DNA from: Pyrinomonadaceae bacterium
Lineage (GTDB): Bacteria; Acidobacteriota; Blastocatellia; Pyrinomonadales; Pyrinomonadaceae
DNA: 64,000 bases
Assembly: GCA_046313635.1 (NCBI GenBank)
Contig: JBKBYA010000001.1
Location: forward strand, 767,481-831,480
Reading direction: 5' to 3'
The notes beneath the pieces are model-generated. The model saw nothing but the letters and a program-made list of their open reading frames with translations. It was not told where the DNA came from and searched no databases. A program made the translations under genes and the position numbers. Positions 18,035 through 28,514 of this stretch are shown here, piece after piece (position 1 is the stretch's first letter; each line of letters opens with the position of its first letter).

Positions 18035-21000
18035 CTACGGCCTCGGCAGCGGCACGTCTCCATTCATACCGAACTGCACCGCAAAAAAGCCGGCCGACGA
18101 GCGGTTGACATACCACGTGCCGTCGCTGCGAAACACGGCGATATCCGCCCGCGAATCGCCGTCAAAGTCGCCCGTCACCGGATGGTCGGTCGAGACCCCA
18201 AACTGCACAAAGCGATCGACGCCCGCGCTGCCGCGGATATACCAGACGCTGTCCGACGGGCGAAAGACGGCGAGGTCCGTTTTCAGGTCGCCGTCATAAT
18301 CGCCCGGCACGAGCTTGTCGGTCGCGAGTCCCCAAACGTCGCCGCGGCCCGATTGATGGCTCGTCGACGACAACGAAATGCTCCAGCGACCGCCGCCGTA
18401 GACCGCAAAGTCGGTCTTTGCGTCTCCGTCGTAATCGCCCGCGACCGGCGTCGCATCGGCAAACGGGCGCGAGAGCAGCAGCGCGCCGTTTGAACTCTGC
18501 CGCACCCAGAAACGATTTTCGCCGCTCCTGAAGACGGCCTGATCGGCGCGGCCATCGCCGTCGAAGTCACCCCGCACGGCCGTGTCGCCGAGCCCGCCCC
18601 AGGAGACGAAGGACACCGTCGACGTCGAACTGTTGAGAATGTAAAAGTCAGCCTGCGCCGGGTCGGTCGTCGCCCGAAATATCGCAAGGTCCGTCCGCTG
18701 ATCGCCGTCGTAATCTGCCGGCACAAGTTGATCGCCCGCGCTGCCCCAGGCCGCGGCGGCGAAACCGCCATTCGAGCGCAGCTGGTACCAGACGCCGTCC
18801 GACGGACGAAAGACCGAGACGTCGGTCCGCCCGTCGCCGTCAAAATCTGCCGCCGTCTCGGCTGCGTTCGGCGAGACAAAAGACTCGGTGACGGCCGTGT
18901 TGTTAGACCCCGTGCCGGCATTCTGGATCGAGGCCGTAACGCCCATCCCGCGGACGGCGAATCCGCGCCAGACGATACGGCCGTCTCCGGCATTTGCGAG
19001 CTCGGCGGCGATGAGCACCGCGTCGCGCTCCTGCAGCATCGTCGGATTGATCGGCGCGATCTTCATCGCGTCGGTGATGTAGCGGAGAGCCCTGCGGCTG
19101 CCCTCGGCCGGGCCGTAAGCGTCGATCAAAAAGCCGCGCAGCTCCCAAAGGGCGGCCGTCCAGACCTCGCTCATATTATGTACCTGGTCGCACGTCGTCG
19201 CGCCGAGCGGTCCGCGAGGGAAGGCACTGGTCGGCGGCGGGTCGGAGGTCGTCGTGCCGATAACGGTATTGCAGTCGGAGTTGAGATAGCGAAATGTGAG
19301 CGGGTTGTGCGATCTGCCGTTCGGCCCGACAGCCCAGCGCCGCGCCGTCGGGAAGCGCCGAACCCCGTAATAACAGTTGCTCTCCCATCCGGCGATCAGC
19401 TGGATGGTCGAGTAGCAGCTGACACTGTACGTGCCGAAAGGGTCGTCCGCCGGCTCCGACAAGAGGGCGAGCGCAAAAAAGTCTGACCAGCCTTCGCCCA
19501 TTGCGCGCGACATATTGGAGCCGAGGCCCGACGCGTTGCCGTGCAGGCGGTTTGAGAGGCCGTGCGTCAACTCGTGCACGACCGTCTGCGAATCGAGAGC
19601 TCCGTCGATGTCGGGCGTCGGGCCGGTGAAAATATAGAACTGCGCCCGGCCGCGACCGCCGTCGGCGGGCGTCGCAAAGTTTGCGCCGTTGGTTCCGCTG
19701 CCGTCCTGGATCTCGACCAACAGCGAGTCGCCGCCGAGCCCGCCGCGGCCGAAGTTGTCGGTCTGAAAGTTTCGCGACACCTCGTTAAATCCCAGCAGGT
19801 AGGTCTCGTCGTGCCAGCGGTTCGCGGTGTAGAAGGCGTGCGTGACAGAGCCCTGCTGGAACGCCGTCGGCGGGTACGGCTGCGGCCCGGGCGGGAGCGG
19901 TTCCTCGCCGGGCGGCGGCATTCCCGGCGCCGGATTGTACGAGTACACGAAGCTGCGCGCCGGCGACCCGAACGCCCAGCCGTTCGGGTCGACGCCCTGC
20001 ATTCCGTCGCGATCGATGCCGGCCTCGACGGCGTTGCCGAGCGTCGTATTTCCGCCGTCCGTTATCCAGCCGCTGTTGTTGAATGTGTACGGCGGCTCGT
20101 TGCCGACGAGCGTGAAGCTCGTTCTCGAGATGATCGGCGGCTGCGGGCAGATGTTGGGTGACGAGCAGCCGGGCGTGCCGGGTGTGGGACTGTCCGCCGT
20201 CCTCATCATGCTCGTCGCGCTGCCGTAGACGTTGTAGGTTGCGGGCTGCGTCTGGTACTCGGTGATGTTCTTGCGCCAGAGCATCGCTCCGGTGGCGGCA
20301 TCGACGACGACATAGAAGGCGTCGGAGCGCTCCCACAAGAGCACTCGCCACGCCGCGCGGGCGATGCCGGGCTCGATCGCGAAATAGAACCTTTCGGCCG
20401 TCACCTCGCCCTCGAGCTCCGGGTGGCCCGACGAATACCGTGCGACATTTTTGCCGCGGTCCCTGAGCGAGAGTTCCGCCGTCGAGATCTCGCGGCCGAT
20501 GGCGCGTGCGGCGGCCTGCACGGCCGCTGCCGGATCGCCAAATTCCCGCATCTCTCCCGCAAGTTGCGCCTGCGGCGCAAGGTTGTTAACGACGCGGACG
20601 AGAGCACCCGATCGGTCAAATGCGCCGCGCACAGAGCCCTGAAATACAGGCACGCCGCCGATCTCCTGCGAGAGCTCGACGACGCGTATCGAACCGTCGC
20701 GTCCGCCGGCGTCCTGCGTTACCGCAAGCCGCTCGGTCTCGATCGCGCCGATGCCGAAGAGATCTCTGTTCTCCGCGATGAATCTGCGGAGCGTCGATAC
20801 GCGGGACGCGGACGCCGGGGCGAGACGCAGGCTGCTGCCCGCCGGTGCCGAAATGACCTCGGGAACGTCGACTACGGGGCTGCGTTCGACCTGAAAGCCT
20901 GCGGCAGTGAAGCGCGCCTCGGCGTCGGCCTCCCGCGCCGCCGTCGTTCGCGGCGACCATGCCGGAGCTTCACCTCGAAACGAGCGACGAAGCCTTTCGG

Positions 21001-21157
21001 CCTCGTCCGAGCGATCGAGCCTGATATCGTAATTTTCGCGTGTCTGGGCCGCGGACGACGGCGACTGCCGCGCGGCTGCGGGCCTCGGCCGCTCGACAGC
21101 TACCCATAACGCGGCGGCCGTCAATACAAATGCTGATACGACGAGAGAGCGGAACAT
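18035..21157 (-). CDS. M36 (fungalysin) metallopeptidase with FTP/PepSY propeptide and C-terminal FG-GAP-like repeats
   Basis: HELTHGLSNRL zinc motif, MGEGWSDFFA, QVHNMSEVW, six D(F/Y)DGD.(R/K)(T/A)D repeats, signal peptide. Confidence 0.9.
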   Translation of the reverse strand: MFRSLVVSAFVLTAAALWVAVERPRPAAARQSPSSAAQTRENYDIRLDRSDEAERLRRSFRGEAPAWSPRTTAAREADAEARFTAAGFQVERSPVVDVPEVISAPAGSSLRLAPASASRVSTLRRFIAENRDLFGIGAIETERLAVTQDAGGRDGSIRVVELSQEIGGVPVFQGSVRGAFDRSGALVRVVNNLAPQAQLAGEMREFGDPAAAVQAAARAIGREISTAELSLRDRGKNVARYSSGHPELEGEVTAERFYFAIEPGIARAAWRVLLWERSDAFYVVVDAATGAMLWRKNITEYQTQPATYNVYGSATSMMRTADSPTPGTPGCSSPNICPQPPIISRTSFTLVGNEPPYTFNNSGWITDGGNTTLGNAVEAGIDRDGMQGVDPNGWAFGSPARSFVYSYNPAPGMPPPGEEPLPPGPQPYPPTAFQQGSVTHAFYTANRWHDETYLLGFNEVSRNFQTDNFGRGGLGGDSLLVEIQDGSGTNGANFATPADGGRGRAQFYIFTGPTPDIDGALDSQTVVHELTHGLSNRLHGNASGLGSNMSRAMGEGWSDFFALALLSEPADDPFGTYSVSCYSTIQLIAGWESNCYYGVRRFPTARRWAVGPNGRSHNPLTFRYLNSDCNTVIGTTTSDPPPTSAFPRGPLGATTCDQVHNMSEVWTAALWELRGFLIDAYGPAEGSRRALRYITDAMKIAPINPTMLQERDAVLIAAELANAGDGRIVWRGFAVRGMGVTASIQNAGTGSNNTAVTESFVSPNAAETAADFDGDGRTDVSVFRPSDGVWYQLRSNGGFAAAAWGSAGDQLVPADYDGDQRTDLAIFRATTDPAQADFYILNSSTSTVSFVSWGGLGDTAVRGDFDGDGRADQAVFRSGENRFWVRQSSNGALLLSRPFADATPVAGDYDGDAKTDFAVYGGGRWSISLSSTSHQSGRGDVWGLATDKLVPGDYDGDLKTDLAVFRPSDSVWYIRGSAGVDRFVQFGVSTDHPVTGDFDGDSRADIAVFRSDGTWYVNRSSAGFFAVQFGMNGDVPLPRP

Positions 21158-21256
21158 CGGGGACCTCCTTGCATGGTCGGGGTTTTGTCACGAGGATTAT
21201 TCGTGAGTTTGCCGACGGTGGCAAGGCGGCACCGAAGCGGCCGGGCCGCTCCGCGA

Positions 21257-22141
21257 TCAGTTCTCCGAGAGGAGCTGGACAAATTTTTTAGCCGCGAGAG
21301 AGAGCGTTCGGTCGCTGCGGTAGATGACGCCGGTCGGTCTGACCCAGTCTTTTTCGGCGAGCTTGACGACCGAGAGCAGCCCGCCCCGCTCGGCGTCGAG
21401 CACTGCGGGCTCGGGCACGATCGCCAGGCCGAATCCGACCTCGACCGCGCGCTTGATCGTCTCGATATTGTCGAATTCCGCGACCTTATGCACCTCGACG
21501 CCGATGTCTTTAAGGATGCGGTCGGTCGCCTTGCGCGTCGGGACGTCCCTCTCAAAGAGCACAAAATCCTCGCCGCTCAGGTCCTTTGCCTTGACCTGAG
21601 CGCGCTTTGCGAATTTGTGTTCGGCCGGTGTGATCAGCACAAGCCGCGTGACCGGCATCGGCACGATGGTCAGCCCGCGGCGCGGCTCGGGAAAGGCGAC
21701 GACGCCGAGTTCGACGCTCCCGTTGAGCACGTCGCGGACGACGCGGGTCGTCCGCTGGTACTCGAGATCGATCTTGGCCGACGGGAATTTGGTCATAAAC
21801 TCGCGCACCTTTGAAGGCAGCTCGTGCAGGCCGACACTGTAGACGGTCGCGACCTTGACCGTGCCGCCGATCTTGCCGACGAGCCCGCGCAAACTCTCCT
21901 CGAGATTGCGGTAGCACTCGAGGACGCTGCGTGCCTCGCGGTAAAAGACCTCACCGGCAGGCGTCAGCTTGACCTCGCGCCGGCCGCGGACGCGCTCGAG
22001 CAGCTTGCGCTTGAAGCGCTCCTCAAGCGAGCGTACCTGCTGGCTGACCGCCGACTGCGTGATGAAGTTGCGCTCGGCCGCGAGCGAAAAGCTCTGGAGG
22101 TCGACCAGATCGCAAAAGACCTTAAGGGTTTCGATATGCAT
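21257..22141 (-). CDS. LysR family transcriptional regulator, divergent from sdhCAB
   Basis: SFSLAAERNFITQSAVSQQVRSLE helix-turn-helix. Confidence 0.93.
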   Translation of the reverse strand: MHIETLKVFCDLVDLQSFSLAAERNFITQSAVSQQVRSLEERFKRKLLERVRGRREVKLTPAGEVFYREARSVLECYRNLEESLRGLVGKIGGTVKVATVYSVGLHELPSKVREFMTKFPSAKIDLEYQRTTRVVRDVLNGSVELGVVAFPEPRRGLTIVPMPVTRLVLITPAEHKFAKRAQVKAKDLSGEDFVLFERDVPTRKATDRILKDIGVEVHKVAEFDNIETIKRAVEVGFGLAIVPEPAVLDAERGGLLSVVKLAEKDWVRPTGVIYRSDRTLSLAAKKFVQLLSEN

Positions 22142-22313
22142 TAAATATCAGAATGTCTCAATTATCGACAGAGGAATTTTCATTTCTGCTAATAACATCA
22201 TAAACGATAGACTCGTTATGATTAAAATTTGCGGCCCTTGGAATTGCTGATCGCCACGTCAGCAATTAAAATTTTTGGGACAACAAATCCGACCAAACAC
22301 TCGGCTTAGAAGG

Positions 22314-23033
22314 ATGGCTATCAAACTCAGCACTACCTTTCTGCTCAGAAAGCTGCATCAGCTCACCGGCGTCGTGCCGCTCGGGATGTTCTTTTTTGTA
22401 CATATGTACACAAACTCGACGGCGATGAGCGGCCCCAAGGTCTATAACGAGCACGTTCAGGGCATCCACGATATGCCGTACCTGATCTTTATCGAGATCT
22501 TCGGCATTTTTATCCCGCTGCTCTTTCACTCGATCTACGGTGTGCTGATCTCGGGCGAGGCTCGATTCAATGTCGGGCGATACGGGTACAGCCGCAACTG
22601 GTTCTATCTATTTCAGCGGCTGACGGGCGGATTCTTGTTCTTCTTTTTGCTGTTTCACATTTTGAATTTTCGCTTTGGCCTGATCCCCGGGCTCAATACG
22701 ACGCCTGTCGCGGGCAACGCCGATCTCGCGTTCACGATCGTCGCGAGCGAATTCAAGAATCTCGGCATCCTGCTGCTGTACATCCTCGGCGTGCTCGCTA
22801 CGGCGTGGCATCTCGCGTACGGCCTTTGGCTTTTCGCGGTCGACTGGGGCATCGTGATCGGCGAAAAGGCGCAGAAGTACACTCTCTACGCCTGTCTCGG
22901 TCTCGCCGCCTTTCTCGGCGCGGTCGGCATCAACGCCGCTGTCGCCTTTGTGAAGCCGTGCGGACTGCTGCCGTCGGCCGTCTGCGAAGGCGCCGAGAAG
23001 AAAGGCGTCGTGACCCCGCCGGCCAGATTCTAA
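22314..23033 (+). CDS. sdhC: Succinate dehydrogenase cytochrome b subunit (Bacillus-type single anchor)
   Basis: RKLHQLTGVVP, FHSIYG, FQRLTG, WHLAYGLW; start ATG 22314. Confidence 0.9.
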   Translation: MAIKLSTTFLLRKLHQLTGVVPLGMFFFVHMYTNSTAMSGPKVYNEHVQGIHDMPYLIFIEIFGIFIPLLFHSIYGVLISGEARFNVGRYGYSRNWFYLFQRLTGGFLFFFLLFHILNFRFGLIPGLNTTPVAGNADLAFTIVASEFKNLGILLLYILGVLATAWHLAYGLWLFAVDWGIVIGEKAQKYTLYACLGLAAFLGAVGINAAVAFVKPCGLLPSAVCEGAEKKGVVTPPARF

Positions 23034-23063
23034 AGAAAGCAAAGATCGTCAATCAACCAAAGT

Positions 23064-24971
23064 ATGGCTTCAAACGGATTAAGAATAGCGGTCGTCGGCG
23101 GCGGGCTCGCCGGCCTCGCGGCGGCGATGAAGATCGCGGAGGCCGGGCACGAGGTCGATCTGATCTCGGTCGTGCCGGTCAAGCGTTCGCACTCGGTGTG
23201 CGCGCAGGGCGGCATCAACGGAGCGGTCAATACAAAGGGCGAGGGCGACTCGCCCGCCAAGCACCTCGACGACACGGTCTACGGCGGCGACTTCCTTGCC
23301 AATCAGCTTCCGGTCAAGCAGATGTGCGATATGGCGCCGTCGATCATCTATCTCTTTGATCGAATGGGCGTGCCGTTTTCGCGGACCAAAGAAGGTCTGC
23401 TCGACTTTCGCCGTTTCGGCGGCACGCTGCATCACCGCACGGCATTCGCAGGCGCTTCGACCGGCCAGCAGCTCCTCTACGCGCTCGACGATCAGGTCCG
23501 CAAGTGGGAGACGGCCGGCAAGGTGAACAAGTACGAGGGCTGGGAGATGCTCTCGCTCGTGCTCGACGATCATCAGGTCTGCCGCGGCCTCGTCGCGATG
23601 AATTTGCAGACGCTCGAGCTCAAGGCATTTCGGGCGGACGCGGTGATCATGGCGACCGGCGGGCCGGGATTGATCTTTGGCAAATCGACCAATTCGATGA
23701 CGTGCACGGGCAGCGCTGTCTCGGCATGCTACCAGCAGGGAGCGCGTTACGCGAACGGCGAATTTATCCAGGTACATCCGACGTCGATCCCGGGCGAGGA
23801 CAAGCTGCGACTGATGAGCGAATCGGCACGCGGCGAAGGCGGCCGCGTCTGGGTGCCGCGCAATCCGGGCGACAAGCGAAATCCGAAAGACATTCCCGAC
23901 GCCGAGCGCTGGTACTTTTTGGAAGAGAAGTATCCCGCATACGGCAACCTCGTTCCGCGCGACATCGCGACGCGCGAGATCTTTCAGGTCTGCATCGACG
24001 GCTACGGCGTCGGCGGCGAGAATCAGGTCTATCTCGATCTGACGCACATCCCGGCCGAGACCTTGACACGCAAGCTCGGCGCGATCCTCGAGATCTACGA
24101 GATGTTCGTCGGCGACGACCCGCGGTATGTGCCGATGCGCATCTTCCCGGGCGTGCACTACTCGATGGGCGGGCTCTGGGTCGACTTTGAACAGCGGACG
24201 AATATTCCGGGATTGTTTGCCGCGGGTGAATGCGATTACTCGATCCACGGTGCGAACCGCCTCGGGGCCAATTCGCTCGTGTCGTGCGTTTACGGCGGAT
24301 TCGTCGCCGCTCCGTCGGCGATCGAATATGCAAAGAACGTCGAACGCGGCGCGACCGAGACCAACGGTATCTTTGATCGCGAGGTCAAACGCCAGCAGGA
24401 GATCAACGACTCGATCGTCAAGAGTGAGGGCGGCGAGAATCAGTACAAGATCCACGAAGAAATGGGCAAGTGGATGACCGACAACGTGACGGTCGTCCGC
24501 TACAACGACCGGCTCAAGGCGACCGACGACAAGCTGCTCGAGCTGATCGACCGCTTTAAGCATATCTCGATCAACGACTCGAATCTGTGGGCGACGCAGG
24601 CCGTCCCGCATGCCCGGCAGCTCTGGAACATGCTGCAGCTCGCCCGCGTCATCACGCTCGGAGCGCTCAACCGAGACGAGTCGCGCGGCGCGCATTACAA
24701 GCCTGACTTTCCGGAGCGCAACGACGACGAGTGGCTCAAGACGACGATCGCCGAATACTCGGCCGAGGCGCCGGTCTTCTCTTACGAGCCCGTCGACGTG
24801 TCGCTCGTGGCGCCCCGCAAGCGCGATTACACCAAGGGCAAGGCCAAGGCGGCGCAGGTGCCGCAGCCGGGGTCGGAGCAAAAACCCACCGGCCGCGAAG
24901 AGACGTGGGCCGAGCAGGGCAAGGTCAAAGACGGAGAATCATTCAAGGATCTGGACAACGCGAAGCAATGA
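23064..24971 (+). CDS. sdhA: Succinate dehydrogenase flavoprotein subunit
   Basis: GGGLAG, RSHSVCAQGGIN FAD-His motif, HGANRLGANSL, ESRGAHY. Confidence 0.96.
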   Translation: MASNGLRIAVVGGGLAGLAAAMKIAEAGHEVDLISVVPVKRSHSVCAQGGINGAVNTKGEGDSPAKHLDDTVYGGDFLANQLPVKQMCDMAPSIIYLFDRMGVPFSRTKEGLLDFRRFGGTLHHRTAFAGASTGQQLLYALDDQVRKWETAGKVNKYEGWEMLSLVLDDHQVCRGLVAMNLQTLELKAFRADAVIMATGGPGLIFGKSTNSMTCTGSAVSACYQQGARYANGEFIQVHPTSIPGEDKLRLMSESARGEGGRVWVPRNPGDKRNPKDIPDAERWYFLEEKYPAYGNLVPRDIATREIFQVCIDGYGVGGENQVYLDLTHIPAETLTRKLGAILEIYEMFVGDDPRYVPMRIFPGVHYSMGGLWVDFEQRTNIPGLFAAGECDYSIHGANRLGANSLVSCVYGGFVAAPSAIEYAKNVERGATETNGIFDREVKRQQEINDSIVKSEGGENQYKIHEEMGKWMTDNVTVVRYNDRLKATDDKLLELIDRFKHISINDSNLWATQAVPHARQLWNMLQLARVITLGALNRDESRGAHYKPDFPERNDDEWLKTTIAEYSAEAPVFSYEPVDVSLVAPRKRDYTKGKAKAAQVPQPGSEQKPTGREETWAEQGKVKDGESFKDLDNAKQ

Positions 24972-25771
24972 GCGACACCAACGGACACATCGAAAAAAAG
25001 CGGCTCACCGATCCGCCGCAGACGATCAGGTTCAAGATTCAGCGGCGCGACAACGTCGACGCAAAGGCGTATTGGGAAACGTTCGAGATACCGTATCGCC
25101 GCAATCTCAACGTGATCTCCGCATTGATGGAGATACGCAAAGATCCGGTTACGGTCGACGGCAAGCGGACGACTCCGCCGGTCTGGGATATGAGCTGCCT
25201 CGAGCAGGTGTGCGGCATCTGCACGATGGTGATCAACGGTCGCGTCCGGCAGTCGTGCTCGGCGCTGGTCGACGACCTCTTGGTCGCGGCGGGCGGCAAT
25301 ACGATCACGCTCGAGCCGATGTCGAAATTCCCGAATGTGCGCGACCTCAAGGTCGATCGCTCGCGAATGTTCGATCATCTCAAGCAGGTCCACGCCTGGA
25401 TCGAGCTCGACGGCACTTACGATCTCGGCCCCGGCCCGCAGATCTCTAACGAGGTCGCGCAGGAGCGATACGCATATTCTCGCTGTATGACGTGCGGCTG
25501 CTGCCTCGAGGCGTGCCCGCAGTATCACGACGGCAACTACATCGGCCCGCAGGCGATCGCGCAGGCGCGGCTCTACAACATGCATCCGACCGGCAGGATC
25601 ACGATCGACGAGCGGCTCGAGGGGCTGACCGGCGAGGACGGCATCGCCAACTGCGGCAACGCGCAGAACTGCGTTCAGGTCTGCCCGATGTCGATCCCGC
25701 TGACGCGTGCGATCTACGAGACCAATCGCGACATCACGATCAACGCTCTGTTCGGGTGGTTGAGAAAGTAG
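24968..25771 (+). CDS. sdhB: Succinate dehydrogenase iron-sulfur subunit
   Basis: SCLEQVCGIC, CMTCGCCLEACP, CGNAQNCVQVCP; ATGA overlap with the sdhA stop. Confidence 0.95.
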   Translation: MSDTNGHIEKKRLTDPPQTIRFKIQRRDNVDAKAYWETFEIPYRRNLNVISALMEIRKDPVTVDGKRTTPPVWDMSCLEQVCGICTMVINGRVRQSCSALVDDLLVAAGGNTITLEPMSKFPNVRDLKVDRSRMFDHLKQVHAWIELDGTYDLGPGPQISNEVAQERYAYSRCMTCGCCLEACPQYHDGNYIGPQAIAQARLYNMHPTGRITIDERLEGLTGEDGIANCGNAQNCVQVCPMSIPLTRAIYETNRDITINALFGWLRK

Positions 25772-25794
25772 TCGGCGATCGCGCGACAAGCAGC

Positions 25795-25829
25795 AAAAGA
25801 GGCCGTCCTTTTCAGACGGCCTCTTTTTT
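25795..25829. terminator. Bidirectional rho-independent terminator
   Basis: AAAAGAGGCCGTC-CTTTTCA-GACGGCCTCTTTTTT. Confidence 0.8.
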
Positions 25830-25841
25830 GCTTTGCTCCGG

Positions 25842-28364
25842 TCACTGCAGCGTCGACAGCATCGCGATCTCGTCGAGTCTCGCCGCATGCCAGCCGTCCA
25901 TGTTCATCAGGCGACCCTGGCTGCTGACAAGCAAGTCACGCAGGTCCTCGGCCCGCATCGGCGGTGCCAGCAGGAAGCCCTGCCCGTAGTCGCAGTCGAG
26001 CCGGCTGATCTCGTCAAGCTGCCGTCCGGTCTCGATGCCCTCGGCGACCACGCGCAGCCCAAGATTGCGCGCGAGCGCGACGATGGTATGGACCAGTGCC
26101 GACTTTGCTCCGCGTTGGTCGAGCAGGGAGACGAACGAACGATCGATCTTCAGGCACGAGATCGGCAGCTCGGCGAGATATGACAGGTTGGAGTAGCCGG
26201 TGCCAAAGTCGTCGACGTTAAATTCGATGCCGGTCTCGCGTAGCTGGTGCAGCATCCGTATCGCGCGCTCCTGGTGCTCGATAAATACCGACTCGGTGAT
26301 CTCCAGCTTGAGGCACGAGGGCGGGAACGATGTCTCTGCGAGCAGCCGCGAGATGCGTTCGACGAGATTTGGATTGGCAAACTGACGGCACGAGAGGTTG
26401 ACGCTCAGGCTGAGATCGGCAAACTCCGCCGAAGAGCTTTTCACAGAGGCAAAGTCGGTGCATGCCTGCCGGATGATGAATTCGCCGAGCATCTCGATCA
26501 GTCCGATCTCCTCGGCGATCGGGATGAATCGCGTCGGCGGAACTTCGCCGAGGATATCGTCGTGCCACCTTGCGAGAGCTTCGACGCCGCTGAGGCGCCG
26601 GTTCGCGAGATCAAAGATCGGCTGATACCAGACCGTGAATTCGCGATTCTCGACGGCGCGGCGCAGCATCGTCTCAAGACGCAGCGTCTCGTTCGCGGCC
26701 TTGTGCATGCGGATATCGAAGACCTCGTGCCGAGCCCGGCCCGAGCGCTTTGCGTGGTACATTGCGGTGTCAGCGTCGCGCATCATTTCTTCGCCTGAGC
26801 GGTGATGCTCATTCGCGTGAAGGATGCCGATACTTGCCGAGCTGTAAACCTCATGCTGGCCGAGAGCGAAAGGCACGGTAAAGCGTTCGTGCACGCGCTC
26901 GGCGATCGACACTACCTCGTCGTCGGCATGGTGCCCCTCGATCAAGATCACAAATTCGTCACCCCCGATCCTCGCGATCATATCCCCGGGCCGCATACAT
27001 TCGCGCAGGCGCTGCGAGATCTCGATCAGCAGCCGGTCGCCGTAAAGGTGGCCGAGGCTGTCGTTCACGTTCTTGAATCGGTCGAGATCGATAAACAGCA
27101 GGCTGACCCGGTAGCGCTGGTCCATTTGTGAGTGGACGACCGCCTCGTCGAGCCGGCACATCAGCAGCGACCGATTAGCGAGGCCGGTCAGCGCATCGTG
27201 TGTCGCCTCGTACTGCAGCCGCTCCTCGGCGTGCTTGCGGTCGGTGATGTTCTGTACCTGCAGGATCAGATGGCGGCCGTCGAGCTTGCCGCCCTGAGCG
27301 GACGAGACCGACCAGGACGTCCAGACCGTGCGGCCGCGCTTGTGGACAAAGCGGGATTCATTCTGATGACTCTCGGCGTTTCCTGATTTGACCTCGGCGA
27401 GCATCCGCGTGACCTGACGCAGATCGTCGTCGTACACCACAGATTCCACGTCACGCTCGAGCAGTTCGTCCTCGGTGTAGCCGAGTATCGAGCAAAGGGC
27501 CTCGTTGACCTTGAGCCAGCGGTTGTCAACCGACACGAGTGCGATGCCGATCGGAGCGTGATCGAATGCGCTGCGAAAGCGCTCTTCGGATTCCTGCAGG
27601 GCAGCCGATTGTTCTTCGAGAACCCGCGCGTACTGCTCGGCCTGCTCGGCCTGCTTAAGCGACATCTCGACATTCTGCAAATACATCCTGTAGGTCAAAA
27701 AGACGAAGAGGATCACCGGGAAGCTCGCGAGGATCGCCCAAAAGCCGATGCGGTCAAACAACTGCACGAGCACGCCGGCGCCGGCGGCACCGATCGAGTA
27801 GGAGAGAAATGTCCAGAGATATTTGCTCTGCCAAACGGTGCCGAATCGGGTCGCGGTCTTGATCGCCTCGTGCAGGGCGGCGAGTGTCGTGTTAGCCGCA
27901 AATTGGGTCATCGCGATCAGCGACATCGCGATAATGAAATCGCCCACCGATCCGCGATGGCCGTGCAGCTTGTCCTCGGTGTAAAAACCGGCGGCCAGGA
28001 GGACCGCATAGACGAGGCTTGTCGATGCCGCCATCGCGGCCGTGTTGAAAAGCACCGTGACCTTGCGGCTGCAGAAACGCCACGACGAGACAAAAGCGTC
28101 GGCCGCGGCCAGCAGTATCGCGAATTCGCCGCCGTAGAGCAGCAGGGTCAGGAAGATAAAGGTGTCGGAGACCGAAATGTGCGACTTCAGGCTCGGGATA
28201 CGCACCGAAACGCGAGAGCTCGCGCATATTGTGAGTACCGCGACGAGCAGGAACTCAATGTCGAGCTTCGCAGTGGGGACCGCCCGGACCGCGGCGGCGA
28301 GGCATGCAAAGCCCGACAGGATCACGAGCGCCATGTAGGCGTTTGTTCTTTTGGAGCGATCCAT
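25842..28364 (-). CDS. Membrane-anchored PAS-GGDEF-EAL diguanylate cyclase/phosphodiesterase
   Basis: About 7 N-terminal TM segments, PAS/PAC (SEERFRSAFDHAPIG...NITDRK), GGDEF, EAL and DDFGTGYS all intact. Confidence 0.93.
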   Translation of the reverse strand: MDRSKRTNAYMALVILSGFACLAAAVRAVPTAKLDIEFLLVAVLTICASSRVSVRIPSLKSHISVSDTFIFLTLLLYGGEFAILLAAADAFVSSWRFCSRKVTVLFNTAAMAASTSLVYAVLLAAGFYTEDKLHGHRGSVGDFIIAMSLIAMTQFAANTTLAALHEAIKTATRFGTVWQSKYLWTFLSYSIGAAGAGVLVQLFDRIGFWAILASFPVILFVFLTYRMYLQNVEMSLKQAEQAEQYARVLEEQSAALQESEERFRSAFDHAPIGIALVSVDNRWLKVNEALCSILGYTEDELLERDVESVVYDDDLRQVTRMLAEVKSGNAESHQNESRFVHKRGRTVWTSWSVSSAQGGKLDGRHLILQVQNITDRKHAEERLQYEATHDALTGLANRSLLMCRLDEAVVHSQMDQRYRVSLLFIDLDRFKNVNDSLGHLYGDRLLIEISQRLRECMRPGDMIARIGGDEFVILIEGHHADDEVVSIAERVHERFTVPFALGQHEVYSSASIGILHANEHHRSGEEMMRDADTAMYHAKRSGRARHEVFDIRMHKAANETLRLETMLRRAVENREFTVWYQPIFDLANRRLSGVEALARWHDDILGEVPPTRFIPIAEEIGLIEMLGEFIIRQACTDFASVKSSSAEFADLSLSVNLSCRQFANPNLVERISRLLAETSFPPSCLKLEITESVFIEHQERAIRMLHQLRETGIEFNVDDFGTGYSNLSYLAELPISCLKIDRSFVSLLDQRGAKSALVHTIVALARNLGLRVVAEGIETGRQLDEISRLDCDYGQGFLLAPPMRAEDLRDLLVSSQGRLMNMDGWHAARLDEIAMLSTLQ

Positions 28365-28514
28365 AGGGGAGCGGAGTGAATTACGAAAGATCCCAAGGGA
28401 TAGATCAGAATGTTCTTAACGACAGGGGACGGGGTTGGTTAAAAGAAAGGGAGGCGGCCGCGTGCCCGCCCCTGATTATCGCGTACCGCGAAGATTCCTG
28501 TCTACCCCTTAAAT

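Noticed and set aside
23079..24881. Long antisense ORFs (e.g. 23079..24881, 47389..49026, 55460..56707, 16295..17539)
   Set aside because: Shadow ORFs opposite well-supported genes, expected in high-GC DNA
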